A stretch of DNA of 64,000 nucleotides from Erysipelotrichaceae bacterium (GTDB taxonomy: Bacteria > Bacillota_I > Bacilli_A > RFN20 > CAG-449), in assembly GCA_015059045.1 (NCBI GenBank), contig SVBD01000004.1, positions 22,773-86,772 of the forward strand, in the 5' to 3' direction. Every line of letters starts with the position of its first letter. The first letter of the stretch is position 1. Under the pieces are notes generated by a model that saw nothing but the letters and a program-made list of their open reading frames with translations, was not told the DNA's origin and did not search any database. This document shows positions 9,026 through 18,311 of the stretch, one piece after another. The translations under genes and the position numbers were made by a program.

Positions 9026-9739
9026 ATGGAAATTAAAACATACAAAAAAGATGCATTTTACTCATATACTCTAGGAGCTTTTCCAACTATTGAGATGTTA
9101 AAAAATCATCGCGAAGATGCAATAAAAGTATATATCCATTCTTCATTTAAAAATGAAGAAATAATTAATACTATCAACTCTCTAAGAGGAAGAAGTGAAG
9201 TAGAATTTAACGATAAAATGATTAACAAATTATCTCAAAAGGAAAATTGTTATGTTATCGGAGTATTTAAAAAATATAAAAACGTATTAGAAAACGATCA
9301 TCATGTTGTATTAGTTAATCCTTCTAATATGGGAAATTTAGGAACAATTATTCGTTCTTGTTTAGGTTTTAATATTAAAAATATCGCGATTATTAAACCT
9401 GGTGTAGATTTCTTTGATCCAAAAGTAGTTCGCGCATCAATGGGAGCAATATTCTCATGCAACATTTGTTACTTTGACACTTTTGAGGATTATCTAAAAG
9501 TATTTCCTAATCGCAAAATTCACTCATTTATGCTTCAAGCAACTAAAACACTTCAAGAAACAAAATTTAGCGAAGACAAATTAAGTTCTCTAGTGTTTGG
9601 AAATGAATCAAGTGGATTAGATATTTCTTATCTAAACGAGGATAGCATTATCATTAAACACTCAACTTTAATTGATTCGTTAAATCTACCTTCATCACTT
9701 GCAATTAGCTTATACGAGTTTAGAAAACAAGTAAATTAA
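9026..9739 (+). CDS. TrmH/SpoU family RNA methyltransferase
   Basis: NPSNMGNLGTIIRS, VVRASMGA, FGNESSGL, DSLNL (SPOUT motifs). Confidence 0.9.
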   Translation: MEIKTYKKDAFYSYTLGAFPTIEMLKNHREDAIKVYIHSSFKNEEIINTINSLRGRSEVEFNDKMINKLSQKENCYVIGVFKKYKNVLENDHHVVLVNPSNMGNLGTIIRSCLGFNIKNIAIIKPGVDFFDPKVVRASMGAIFSCNICYFDTFEDYLKVFPNRKIHSFMLQATKTLQETKFSEDKLSSLVFGNESSGLDISYLNEDSIIIKHSTLIDSLNLPSSLAISLYEFRKQVN

Positions 9740-9771
9740 CCCACCTTTAATAAGATAAACTCTAATATTTC

Positions 9772-9800
9772 TTGAAAAGAAATAAATTTCAGTATATTAT
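9772..9800 (+). promoter_or_regulatory. Sigma-A type promoter
   Basis: TTGAAA-17 nt-TATTAT upstream of 9822. Confidence 0.55.
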
Positions 9801-9821
9801 TTACAAGAAAGGAATCTTTAT

Positions 9822-10793
9822 ATGAAAAACTTTTTAAAATTTATCGGAGGAAGTTTATTCTCCAATTATGGGGTTTTAGATGGTAAAAACAGAAAGTTCT
9901 ACCAATCCCTAATCGTTGTAGTATTATCATTAATTTTTGCACTTATTCCTATCTTCTCTATGCAAATGGGAGTTAAAGGTTCTGATGTATTAACAAGTCA
10001 AAGTAACGCATCATTAGATGTTTCATTAAATTTATTTAGCAAATATCTAAAAGATGATGCAAATGCAAGTTTTGTAACAACTACAGATGGCAAATTCGAA
10101 GTCAAAGGGTTCAAAGAAAAAGAACTAACAGACTGGCAAGGCAATCACTTATTAACAGTCTATGCTTTTGAAAGTAGTGAAAACGTTGAAGAATTAATGA
10201 ACAAATTCACAAATGGTTACATTGATGAGGCTCATCCAACTAGTGTTAATCCAAAATCATTCATGTTAATTGGTGAAGATGTAATGTACATCTACACATT
10301 CAATGGAACAGCAAAAAATACTCTTTATGAAAATGGTGATGTTAAAGAAAGTGCTAAACCTACTGAAACATTTGTAGGCTACGCTAGAACTTATAAAGGT
10401 GTTGATTTTGCAAGTTTCTACAACGAAACTGAAGGATATGATTATTGCTATAATAAATGGGTAAGTGCTTTAAATAACTTATACAAACCATATAAAACAT
10501 CAACAACATTATATAGTTTATCTATCTATACTCTTCTAAATATTGTAATTGTTTTAACAATGTCACTAATTGTTATGATTCTAACAAGAATTAGAAGCGG
10601 ACAATGCGAAAAATTAACATTTGTTCAATCATTAAATTGTGTAAACTATGCTTCTTTATGCCCAAGCTTAATTTCAATTCTATTAGGATTCTTAATTACA
10701 GCTTTAGCGCCAGTAGCATTCATCTTGTGTCTTGGTATTAGATGCGTATTCTTAGGATTCAAAGCATCTCAACCAATGACTAAAGTTAGATAG
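9822..10793 (+). CDS. Hypothetical membrane protein with large extracellular loop
   Basis: One N-terminal TM, ~170-aa soluble loop, three C-terminal TMs; RBS AAAGGA. Confidence 0.75.
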   Translation: MKNFLKFIGGSLFSNYGVLDGKNRKFYQSLIVVVLSLIFALIPIFSMQMGVKGSDVLTSQSNASLDVSLNLFSKYLKDDANASFVTTTDGKFEVKGFKEKELTDWQGNHLLTVYAFESSENVEELMNKFTNGYIDEAHPTSVNPKSFMLIGEDVMYIYTFNGTAKNTLYENGDVKESAKPTETFVGYARTYKGVDFASFYNETEGYDYCYNKWVSALNNLYKPYKTSTTLYSLSIYTLLNIVIVLTMSLIVMILTRIRSGQCEKLTFVQSLNCVNYASLCPSLISILLGFLITALAPVAFILCLGIRCVFLGFKASQPMTKVR

Positions 10794-10809
10794 TAAATCT
10801 AAGCAAAAT

Positions 10810-10843
10810 AAAAACCATTCAAGTTTGTTTGAATGGTTTTTTT
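10810..10843. terminator. Bidirectional intrinsic terminator
   Basis: AAAACCATTCAA / TTGAATGGTTTT stem between convergent genes. Confidence 0.85.
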
Positions 10844-10847
10844 GTTA

Positions 10848-12152
10848 CTATTTACGTTTTACTCTTTTACCAATTGCGTAGTATTGAACATCTGGTAATA
10901 AGTATGGATTTAATACTGCTTTACCATCAAATACGATTGGTTTTTTCATATATTCAACAATTTGTTCGTTTGTTAATTTTTTGAATTCATCTGATTCATT
11001 TAAGAATACTGCGCAATCACAAGTTCTTAATGCTTCTTCTAATGAAGTTGCATAATCTAAGTGTTGATCTGATTTCATCTTCTTTTTAAATTGAAGAGTA
11101 GAATTTGTATCATAAGCAATAATTCTTCCTTCTTCTTGAAGAAGAGCTTCAATAAAATTAAATGCTGGTGATTTTCTTACATCATCGGTATTACCTTTAT
11201 ATGCTAGACCAAGTACTGCAAAACGGTGTCCTGCAATTTGTCCCATAACTGATTTAATCTTTTGAATAAGTGCTTCTGATCTCTTATCATTAACTTTTAA
11301 TGCAGCATTTAAGATTGATAATTCAACTTCCTTATCTTGAGCAAGTTGTTGCATAACTTTTGTATCTAAAGTTAAAGCAGGGCCACCAAAACCAACGCCT
11401 GAAGCCAAATATTTTGTTCCAATACGTGGATCTAAACCAATACCGAAACTTACTTCTTGAATATCTGCGCCTACTTTATCACATAAATCAGCAATTTCAT
11501 TAATGTAAGATAATTTAACCGCTAGATAGCTATTAGATGCATATTTAATTAATTCAGCACTTTCAGGAGAAACAAATAATAATGGTGATTCAAATCCTCG
11601 ATACAATTCCTTCATTACTTGTTGTGCTTTTTTAGTAGAAACTCCAACAACAATTCTACTTGGAGATAACATATCTTTTACTGCAGTTCCTTGTGATAAG
11701 AATTCTGGATTTGATACAACATCGATATTATATTTCTTTTCAGTAATTGCCATCATGTATTCTTTTAATTCGCGATTAGTACCAACAGGAACTGTTGTTC
11801 TAATAATTACAGTGACATCATGATTAATAAATCTACAACATTCTTTAGCAGCTTGATAAAGAGGAGAAAGATCGATTCTTCCTGTTTCTTTTTCTATTGG
11901 TTCAACTGCAAGCATAATAACAGAAGCATCATAAATAGCATCACGATATTCACTTGTAAATCTAATGTTATAATCATTCTTTTGTAGTATGTCGCTTAAT
12001 TTATATTCATTACTAATATTAATTTCGTTTCTTCTTAAAGCGGCAATTTTTTTCTTATCTCCGTCAAGTCCAAAAACTTGGTGACCTTTTTCTGCAAAGC
12101 CTACCGCATTTACAAGACCTACAAAATCCATACCTACGATTGTCAACTTCAT
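10848..12152 (-). CDS. UDP-glucose/GDP-mannose dehydrogenase family protein lacking the catalytic Cys
   Basis: SNPEFL, ELIKYASNSYLAVKLSYINE, DPRIG and GLAYKGNTDDVRKSP are present; GFGGSCFPKD reads GFGGPALTLD; GxGxxG reads GMDFVG. Confidence 0.88.
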   Translation of the reverse strand: MKLTIVGMDFVGLVNAVGFAEKGHQVFGLDGDKKKIAALRRNEINISNEYKLSDILQKNDYNIRFTSEYRDAIYDASVIMLAVEPIEKETGRIDLSPLYQAAKECCRFINHDVTVIIRTTVPVGTNRELKEYMMAITEKKYNIDVVSNPEFLSQGTAVKDMLSPSRIVVGVSTKKAQQVMKELYRGFESPLLFVSPESAELIKYASNSYLAVKLSYINEIADLCDKVGADIQEVSFGIGLDPRIGTKYLASGVGFGGPALTLDTKVMQQLAQDKEVELSILNAALKVNDKRSEALIQKIKSVMGQIAGHRFAVLGLAYKGNTDDVRKSPAFNFIEALLQEEGRIIAYDTNSTLQFKKKMKSDQHLDYATSLEEALRTCDCAVFLNESDEFKKLTNEQIVEYMKKPIVFDGKAVLNPYLLPDVQYYAIGKRVKRK

Positions 12153-12303
12153 AAAAACATCCCCTTACTTCATTATTAACAAATCACATATATTATTACA
12201 TAAAAAGTGGGAATATGCAATTTAAGAGCGCTTTCACATAAAAAATAAAATTATATAATAATTTTATAAAATATTTTTAATTGTAAAATAAAAAGTCGTA
12301 TTT

Positions 12304-13206
12304 CTACGACTTAATAAATTTTAATACATCCTTATAAACGATTTCTTTATCATCTTCATTTAAAATTTCATGTCTCATTCCTGGATAAATAATTAAAGAA
12401 GAAGAGATTTTTCTATTTGTATATAATCTTTGTAATTTTTTAATAGATTTAACATATCCACCTACTGGATCTTCGCTTCCTACGATAAATAATACTTTAG
12501 AATAAATATCAATTTTATTTAAATTCTTCTTTTTGAAAATTTTTGGAATAGATCCAATAAATGAAGCAAAGAAATTTCTTGAAGGCACATTACCACAATA
12601 AGGATCAGCAATATATTTATCTACATTTTCCTTATTAACACTCAACCAATCAAATTCGGTTCTCTTTTCCTTTACTTTTGAGTTATAAGAAGCAAAACTT
12701 ACTTTATTTAAGAAATATGATTTCTTCATGCCGTTTCCAGTAATAAATGCATGGAATTTACATAACGCACTACCAAAACCAAATAAAGGTGATGGTCCAC
12801 TTGTTCCACATAAAATAACTTTTTCTACAATTCCTGGATATCTTTCAATTAGCGATTGTCCCATAAAAGATCCCATTGAGTGAGCAAATAAAATTACTTC
12901 ATTTCCTTCTTCTTTTAATTTATTAATTAATAAAGCAAGGTTATCAACACAAATATCAAAACCATTTTTTGGCCATTTTAATAGATCTTCTGTGTTATCA
13001 ACATTTAATCCATGTCCAATATGATCTAATCCCATCACATTGATGCCATTATCATTTAAATATAAAGCAAAATCATTATAACGATAGGTATATTCATTCA
13101 TACCATGAGAAAGAACAACAACTTGTTTAACTTCTTCAGAAACAATCCATTTATTCCCTTTTACTACTTGGCCATTAGACCCTTTCATTTCAAAAACACT
13201 ATGCAT
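12304..13206 (-). CDS. Alpha/beta hydrolase (lysophospholipase/monoacylglycerol lipase-like)
   Basis: LSHGMNEY, DHIGHG, AHSMG, GSEDPVG, GMRHEILNE. Confidence 0.9.
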   Translation of the reverse strand: MHSVFEMKGSNGQVVKGNKWIVSEEVKQVVVLSHGMNEYTYRYNDFALYLNDNGINVMGLDHIGHGLNVDNTEDLLKWPKNGFDICVDNLALLINKLKEEGNEVILFAHSMGSFMGQSLIERYPGIVEKVILCGTSGPSPLFGFGSALCKFHAFITGNGMKKSYFLNKVSFASYNSKVKEKRTEFDWLSVNKENVDKYIADPYCGNVPSRNFFASFIGSIPKIFKKKNLNKIDIYSKVLFIVGSEDPVGGYVKSIKKLQRLYTNRKISSSLIIYPGMRHEILNEDDKEIVYKDVLKFIKS

Positions 13207-13208
13207 AA

Positions 13209-13544
13209 TTAATCTCCATAATCTGAACCACGCGATTTATCTTCAACATACACTTGTAGAGGATTACAAACATCTTGAATTGTAAGATAAATAGCACCTT
13301 CTACTTCAGTAAATTCATCATCTTCTTCTCCAACGAATACAACTAAATGATTTCTTTTTACTAATCTTTCCATTTCTTTAATTACTTCATCAAATCTTTC
13401 AGTAACAAATTGTTTAATACCCTCTAACTTTAATAAGAATACTGGTTCGACATAAAACTTATCTCCAGAAGGATAAATATAACAATAAGAATATGGGTTT
13501 TTACTATCAATAACCTTTTCTAGGTTATTCCATAAATTATTCAT
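13209..13544 (-). CDS. Conserved hypothetical acidic protein
   Basis: Clean ORF with RBS AGGTG, 2 nt from the hydrolase start; C-terminus EDKSRGSDYGD. Confidence 0.7.
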   Translation of the reverse strand: MNNLWNNLEKVIDSKNPYSYCYIYPSGDKFYVEPVFLLKLEGIKQFVTERFDEVIKEMERLVKRNHLVVFVGEEDDEFTEVEGAIYLTIQDVCNPLQVYVEDKSRGSDYGD

Positions 13545-13642
13545 TTTCATCACCTAATATAATTTTATAAAAAATATATTATCAATTCAACGACTTTAAC
13601 TAACTCGTTAATTTTGATATATTCTTATATATGGTGAATAAA

Positions 13643-14467
13643 ATGGAAAAATATTTAATTTCAGTAGATTTAGACGATACATTATTAACAAGTGAAAAAC
13701 AAATTACTCAAGAAAGTATTGAATATATAAGACATCTAGCTTCTTTAGGTCATCACTTTATCATTAATACTGGTAGACCCTTTCAAGGAGCTTTAAGATT
13801 TTTAAAAACATTAGGAATACACGAACCAATGATTGTTAATAATGGTAGCGCTATTGTTTATTTTGATGATAATTATGAAAATATTATCGATTATCATTTA
13901 TTCCCAATGAATATCAATAAGGTTAAAAAATTTAATCATAAGATTAAACACATGATTAACTCAGGAACCGTTACTTCCCTTTTTAAATTCTACTCATACG
14001 ATTTTAGCAAGGTTCCTTTTTGGATTATACATGAAGGATGTGGAATAGAATTTGTTGAAGGAGATATCGAATATAATTTAAATACAACTCCTCATATCAG
14101 TGAATACTTAGTTAAAAAAGAATACGAAAAAGAATTTGAAAAAATTTTAAATCAAAAACAATTTGAATCATTCCACTATATTAAATGGGGTTCTTTTGAT
14201 GATGTTGTTTCTTTTGAAATAGCTTCTAAAAAAGCATCTAAAGGTTTAGCGATGGAATATTTAAGAAAGAAATATAACATCAAAAAAGAAAATACTATTA
14301 GTTTTGGCGATCAATTAAATGATTTATCAATGATAGAAATGGCTAATTATGGAGTAGCTATGATTAACTCTAGAACCGAAGTAAAAGAAAAAGCCAAATA
14401 CACAAGTGAATTTGACTTTAATAATAATGGCGTGATTTCTTTTTTAAAAAAATTATTCAATGACTGA
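13643..14467 (+). CDS. Cof-type HAD-IIB phosphatase
   Basis: VDLDDTLL, NTGRP, SKG, FGDQLNDLSM. Confidence 0.92.
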   Translation: MEKYLISVDLDDTLLTSEKQITQESIEYIRHLASLGHHFIINTGRPFQGALRFLKTLGIHEPMIVNNGSAIVYFDDNYENIIDYHLFPMNINKVKKFNHKIKHMINSGTVTSLFKFYSYDFSKVPFWIIHEGCGIEFVEGDIEYNLNTTPHISEYLVKKEYEKEFEKILNQKQFESFHYIKWGSFDDVVSFEIASKKASKGLAMEYLRKKYNIKKENTISFGDQLNDLSMIEMANYGVAMINSRTEVKEKAKYTSEFDFNNNGVISFLKKLFND

Positions 14468-14989
14468 CCTTAATAAATTAACGACATTTTGATCGTGAAT
14501 ATTATCAATATTAGCCTTAATATTTAAAATACATCCAGGATAAATAGAATAACATAAATCAGATGCAATCTTTGCATCGCTGATGACATTTTTATTTCCA
14601 ATTACGTATAATTCATCGGCGATTGAATGAACTCTTTCAGCAAGTAAATATAAATTATATGGAACCATACTTGCTTCAATTGAGTATTTTTCAATATTTT
14701 CTTTATTTCCTTCCTTAAAAGCCATCATCAAAGAAGAAAAAGCTTCTGAATCCATATCAGCATAACGATACGCTCTAAGTTGGGCTTTAGAAATTTCTTC
14801 TTGAAAACTTAATAATTTATCTTTTAGATGTTCATATCCTTTTTTCTCAAGCGTAAAATTAATTACCATATTACACAAGGAACAAGCAAATGACAAAACA
14901 AGGGCTAAAGTGTTTCCACCACCAGGAGTAGACTTTTTAGCGCTTAACATTTCATTATATTTTTCGATAGTTAATTGTTTATATTCCAT
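14453..14989 (-). CDS. fchA: Methenyltetrahydrofolate cyclohydrolase / formiminotransferase-cyclodeaminase C-terminal family
   Basis: STPGGGNTLA, MVINFT, DMDSEAF, GNKNVISDA, NIKAN. Confidence 0.8.
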   Translation of the reverse strand: MEYKQLTIEKYNEMLSAKKSTPGGGNTLALVLSFACSLCNMVINFTLEKKGYEHLKDKLLSFQEEISKAQLRAYRYADMDSEAFSSLMMAFKEGNKENIEKYSIEASMVPYNLYLLAERVHSIADELYVIGNKNVISDAKIASDLCYSIYPGCILNIKANIDNIHDQNVVNLLRSVIE

Positions 14990-15050
14990 GATTTTTCCCC
15001 CATTTATTATTTAAATAATAACTTTTCGATTTTTTTATTACAACATTCTA

Positions 15051-15079
15051 TTGTATATTATTAAAGAAACTTTTATAAT
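15051..15079 (+). promoter_or_regulatory. Sigma-A type promoter
   Basis: TTGTAT-17 nt-TATAAT. Confidence 0.7.
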
Positions 15080-15111
15080 ATGAAAGAAAACAAAAGAAAG
15101 GAGTTAGTTAT

Positions 15112-15612
15112 ATGTCTAGAAAAAGTAAGTTATCAGTAGTCATAGCACTAACCGCATTAGTAACAATAGTATTTGCATTAGTATTCCCTGCAGTATGTTT
15201 AGAATCAGGAACACTAGATTCTAACGCAATCACTTATATCTTTGGATTTACTTCAACATTTGGTGGTAAAGTTGTTCCACATCACAATGGATTAAACTGC
15301 TTACTATCATTCAATGTGGGAGCATTCTTAGCTATCGTATTTATTCTATTAGGAGCAGGATTAGTTTATTTCTTCGATAAACAAATCTCATCTTATGCAT
15401 TCTCATTAATCTTAAGTTTAGTCGCATTAGTATTATTCTTATTCGCTGAAAGATTAGTAAATGAAACTAACGGATTCATCAGAGGATTCACAGAATACTT
15501 ATTCACAGGATTCGGTGCTTATGTATCTGTTGGATTATGTTCATTAATCGCTATTGAAAATGCAATCGGCATTTATATTTTAAAATCTGATACAAGAAGA
15601 AGACGTAGATAA
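15112..15612 (+). CDS. Hypothetical 4-TM membrane protein
   Basis: Four hydrophobic segments, basic C-tail, promoter, RBS AAGGAG and terminator all present. Confidence 0.8.
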   Translation: MSRKSKLSVVIALTALVTIVFALVFPAVCLESGTLDSNAITYIFGFTSTFGGKVVPHHNGLNCLLSFNVGAFLAIVFILLGAGLVYFFDKQISSYAFSLILSLVALVLFLFAERLVNETNGFIRGFTEYLFTGFGAYVSVGLCSLIAIENAIGIYILKSDTRRRRR

Positions 15613-15618
15613 TTACTT

Positions 15619-15644
15619 AAAACGAGTTGAATAAACTCGTTTTT
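15619..15644. terminator. Bidirectional intrinsic terminator
   Basis: AAAACGAGTT / AACTCGTTTT stem. Confidence 0.8.
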
Positions 15645-16050
15645 ATTTTACCCAATTATCCAAATTTCTACCTAATTCTTTAATAGTTAATATCAATCTT
15701 TTTAATAACTCTAACAAATTATTAACAAAAGGATTTCCTAATACAAAATTATTATTAATTAATTTTTCATAAGAATTATTTAAATTATATAAACATCTTC
15801 TTAAATATAATTCTTTCGCTTTCATTATTTCCTCTTTATTTAAAGGGTTCTTTTTATAGTTTTCTTTAAAAATAGCAAATGATTTTTTAAATAACACCAA
15901 AGATGTTTTGTAGAAATAAATTTCGTTCTCTAATAACTTCATTAACAAAAGATCCGAACTCACTTTATTAAAATTTAAATTAATAAATTTATATTGTTCC
16001 TTAATTGAGCAATATAACCAGTTAATTCTAGTAAATAAAAACTCACTCAT
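15643..16050 (-). CDS. Hypothetical protein
   Basis: ATGA overlap with the upstream gene; 135 aa; very AT-rich. Confidence 0.6.
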   Translation of the reverse strand: MSEFLFTRINWLYCSIKEQYKFINLNFNKVSSDLLLMKLLENEIYFYKTSLVLFKKSFAIFKENYKKNPLNKEEIMKAKELYLRRCLYNLNNSYEKLINNNFVLGNPFVNNLLELLKRLILTIKELGRNLDNWVK

Positions 16051-16664
16051 AAAGAAATTAAACCTTCTAAAATTTGTTTTTCACTACTAATATCAAATTT
16101 ATTAAACGCTTTAATAGATAAAGAGTATTTATAAATATCGTAATATGAAATATTATTTTCCAAGGCGAAAGATTTAATTATTTGATTAAATTTTTCTACT
16201 CCAATATTTAATGATAAATAAAAATTGTCATAAGAATTTATATATGGATTATACAAAGAAACTAAGGTTAATTTCACTTTATAGTTGTATTCATATATTT
16301 GCTCTACGATATTAAATAAATTAAGTTCAAATAACTCTAATATAGATAATTTAAACTCGAATTTTAATTTATCTTCTTCTAGATAAACACATTTCAATAA
16401 GTCAAATAATCCAATAGAAAGAATTATTCTATTACTATTAGAAATTATTTTGCTTATTTTAGTATTGCTATCATTATTTTCCATATCCTCTTCAATAATT
16501 TTTAATAAAGATTTTGATTCTATTTTTTTAAAGAGAAAATCGGTATTACATAAAGATATTATTTCTTTAGAAATAAACTCATTGCCGATAAAAGAGGTAA
16601 TACTACTTGTTTTACACGACAAAAGCGAAAAGGACAATAGTATTATTAATATAATTTTTTTCAT
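16047..16664 (-). CDS. Lipoprotein, degenerate SGNH/GDSL (YpmR-like) fold
   Basis: Lipobox LLSC; IILSIGLFDLL and LVSLYNPY resemble SGNH blocks III and following; catalytic GDS and DxxH are absent. Confidence 0.55.
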   Translation of the reverse strand: MKKIILIILLSFSLLSCKTSSITSFIGNEFISKEIISLCNTDFLFKKIESKSLLKIIEEDMENNDSNTKISKIISNSNRIILSIGLFDLLKCVYLEEDKLKFEFKLSILELFELNLFNIVEQIYEYNYKVKLTLVSLYNPYINSYDNFYLSLNIGVEKFNQIIKSFALENNISYYDIYKYSLSIKAFNKFDISSEKQILEGLISL

Positions 16665-17902
16665 TGTTCTTTTCTCCTTATTTTTGTATTTATTTTTTTT
16701 AGTTTATTAATGATATCCTCATATCCTCTTTCTAAATATTCTAAGCCAAATACTTTTTGCTTTTTCTCACTAATAAGTGAAGCAATAAGCAAACTCATAG
16801 TTCCTCTTAAATCTTTTCCTACCATTACACCTTCTTTAAATTTTGAATTAGGAAAAATAATAATTTTATTATTAACAACCTCTATATTTGCACCTATTTT
16901 TTTTAATTCTTCTACATATTTATTTCTTGAAGGATAAATTGTATCTTCAATAATAGATATCTTCTTATTTTGCAATAAAAATGCACATAGTAACGGTCCT
17001 AAGTCAGTATTAATATAAGGGTCAACTGACAAGGTTAATTTAACATCTTTATTTAAAGAACTTTTTTCCACAAATAAAGCATTGTCATGATATTCATATT
17101 TAACGCTCATTATGTCAAAAAAACTTAATAGGCTATTTATTGAATTATCATCAACTCCAAGAATTAATAACCTATTTATTGCGGCACCTATTAAAGCAAA
17201 TGTTGCCACTTCCACTCTATCGTAAGGAATAAAATGCTTTATCGGAGTGGAACATCCGCCATAAACAATTAGTTTATTTTCTTCAATTTCTATCAAATGT
17301 CCTATTTTATTTAAGTATTTAATTACTTCCTTAACTTCAAAATCAAAAGATGGATTAACTATTTCGCTTTTACCTTTTATTTGAACCATTGTAAAAAGAA
17401 GATTGATTGTAGTACCAACACTTGGTTTAGGTAAAATTACAACACCAGATTTTAAAGAAGTATTATCAAACGATAAAACGTCATTATTTTCTATTATCTT
17501 AACTCCAACTTTTTTAAATCCTTCTAGATGATAATCAATCGGCCTTTCTTGAAAAGAACACCCTCCAGGATAAGTAAATGAAAGTTTATTAATTTGAGGA
17601 ATTAGTACTCCAAGTAGATAGTAAGAAGCTCTAAGTTTTTTTATTAATTCAAAAGGCAAACCGCTAAATTTAAACTCACTAGTGTCTATTTCTAATACAT
17701 TATCTTTAAACTTAGTTTTAACATTTAGTTGATTTAATATTTGAAGTGTAATTCTAATATCAACTATATCTGGGACGTTTTCATAAATATGAACACCTCT
17801 AGATAATAATGAGGCATATATTAAAGGTAAAGCGATATTTTTCGCTCCAGATATAAAAACCATGCCATCAATAAAACTTTTTTCTATTTCTAAATATTCC
17901 AT
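16661..17902 (-). CDS. murA: UDP-N-acetylglucosamine 1-carboxyvinyltransferase
   Basis: SGAKN, LRASYY, PGGC..RPID (Cys115 equivalent), NTD, DLRG, LERGYE. Confidence 0.88.
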   Translation of the reverse strand: MEYLEIEKSFIDGMVFISGAKNIALPLIYASLLSRGVHIYENVPDIVDIRITLQILNQLNVKTKFKDNVLEIDTSEFKFSGLPFELIKKLRASYYLLGVLIPQINKLSFTYPGGCSFQERPIDYHLEGFKKVGVKIIENNDVLSFDNTSLKSGVVILPKPSVGTTINLLFTMVQIKGKSEIVNPSFDFEVKEVIKYLNKIGHLIEIEENKLIVYGGCSTPIKHFIPYDRVEVATFALIGAAINRLLILGVDDNSINSLLSFFDIMSVKYEYHDNALFVEKSSLNKDVKLTLSVDPYINTDLGPLLCAFLLQNKKISIIEDTIYPSRNKYVEELKKIGANIEVVNNKIIIFPNSKFKEGVMVGKDLRGTMSLLIASLISEKKQKVFGLEYLERGYEDIINKLKKINTKIRRKEQ

Positions 17903-17963
17903 AACTATATTAAAATTATGCTTATACTCAATTTTTTATGTTATAGTAAATTTGGTGATAATC

Positions 17964-18311
17964 ATGGATAAACACAATATATATAAGTTTTACAAAGATG
18001 ATTTAAAAAATAAAGATTCAAAATATAAAAAACTAGCGGTATTAAATTATTTTTTATCCGCTAGTTATATGTTAATAAATTTACTTTTATGGGGATTATT
18101 TTTTATTTCTAAAAATCTATCTGCCCTATTTACTTTTGTCGTTATTTTACAACTAATAAACGCTTATTTTGTTAATATATTAATAACTTTATTAGTGATA
18201 GTAAATTCAATATTACAATATAAGGTAACCAATAATATTCATTCTAAAATTAATATTGGTATATCACTTATCATTTTATCATTAACAACTATAAATATAA
18301 TCTTACTCTAA
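17964..18311 (+). CDS. Small hypothetical membrane protein
   Basis: GGTGA RBS before ATG 17964; three hydrophobic segments. Confidence 0.5.
   Translation: MDKHNIYKFYKDDLKNKDSKYKKLAVLNYFLSASYMLINLLLWGLFFISKNLSALFTFVVILQLINAYFVNILITLLVIVNSILQYKVTNNIHSKINIGISLIILSLTTINIILL

Noticed and set aside
14989-15112. THF riboswitch upstream of the cyclohydrolase
   Set aside because: The region is AT-rich divergent promoter DNA with no conserved riboswitch stems.
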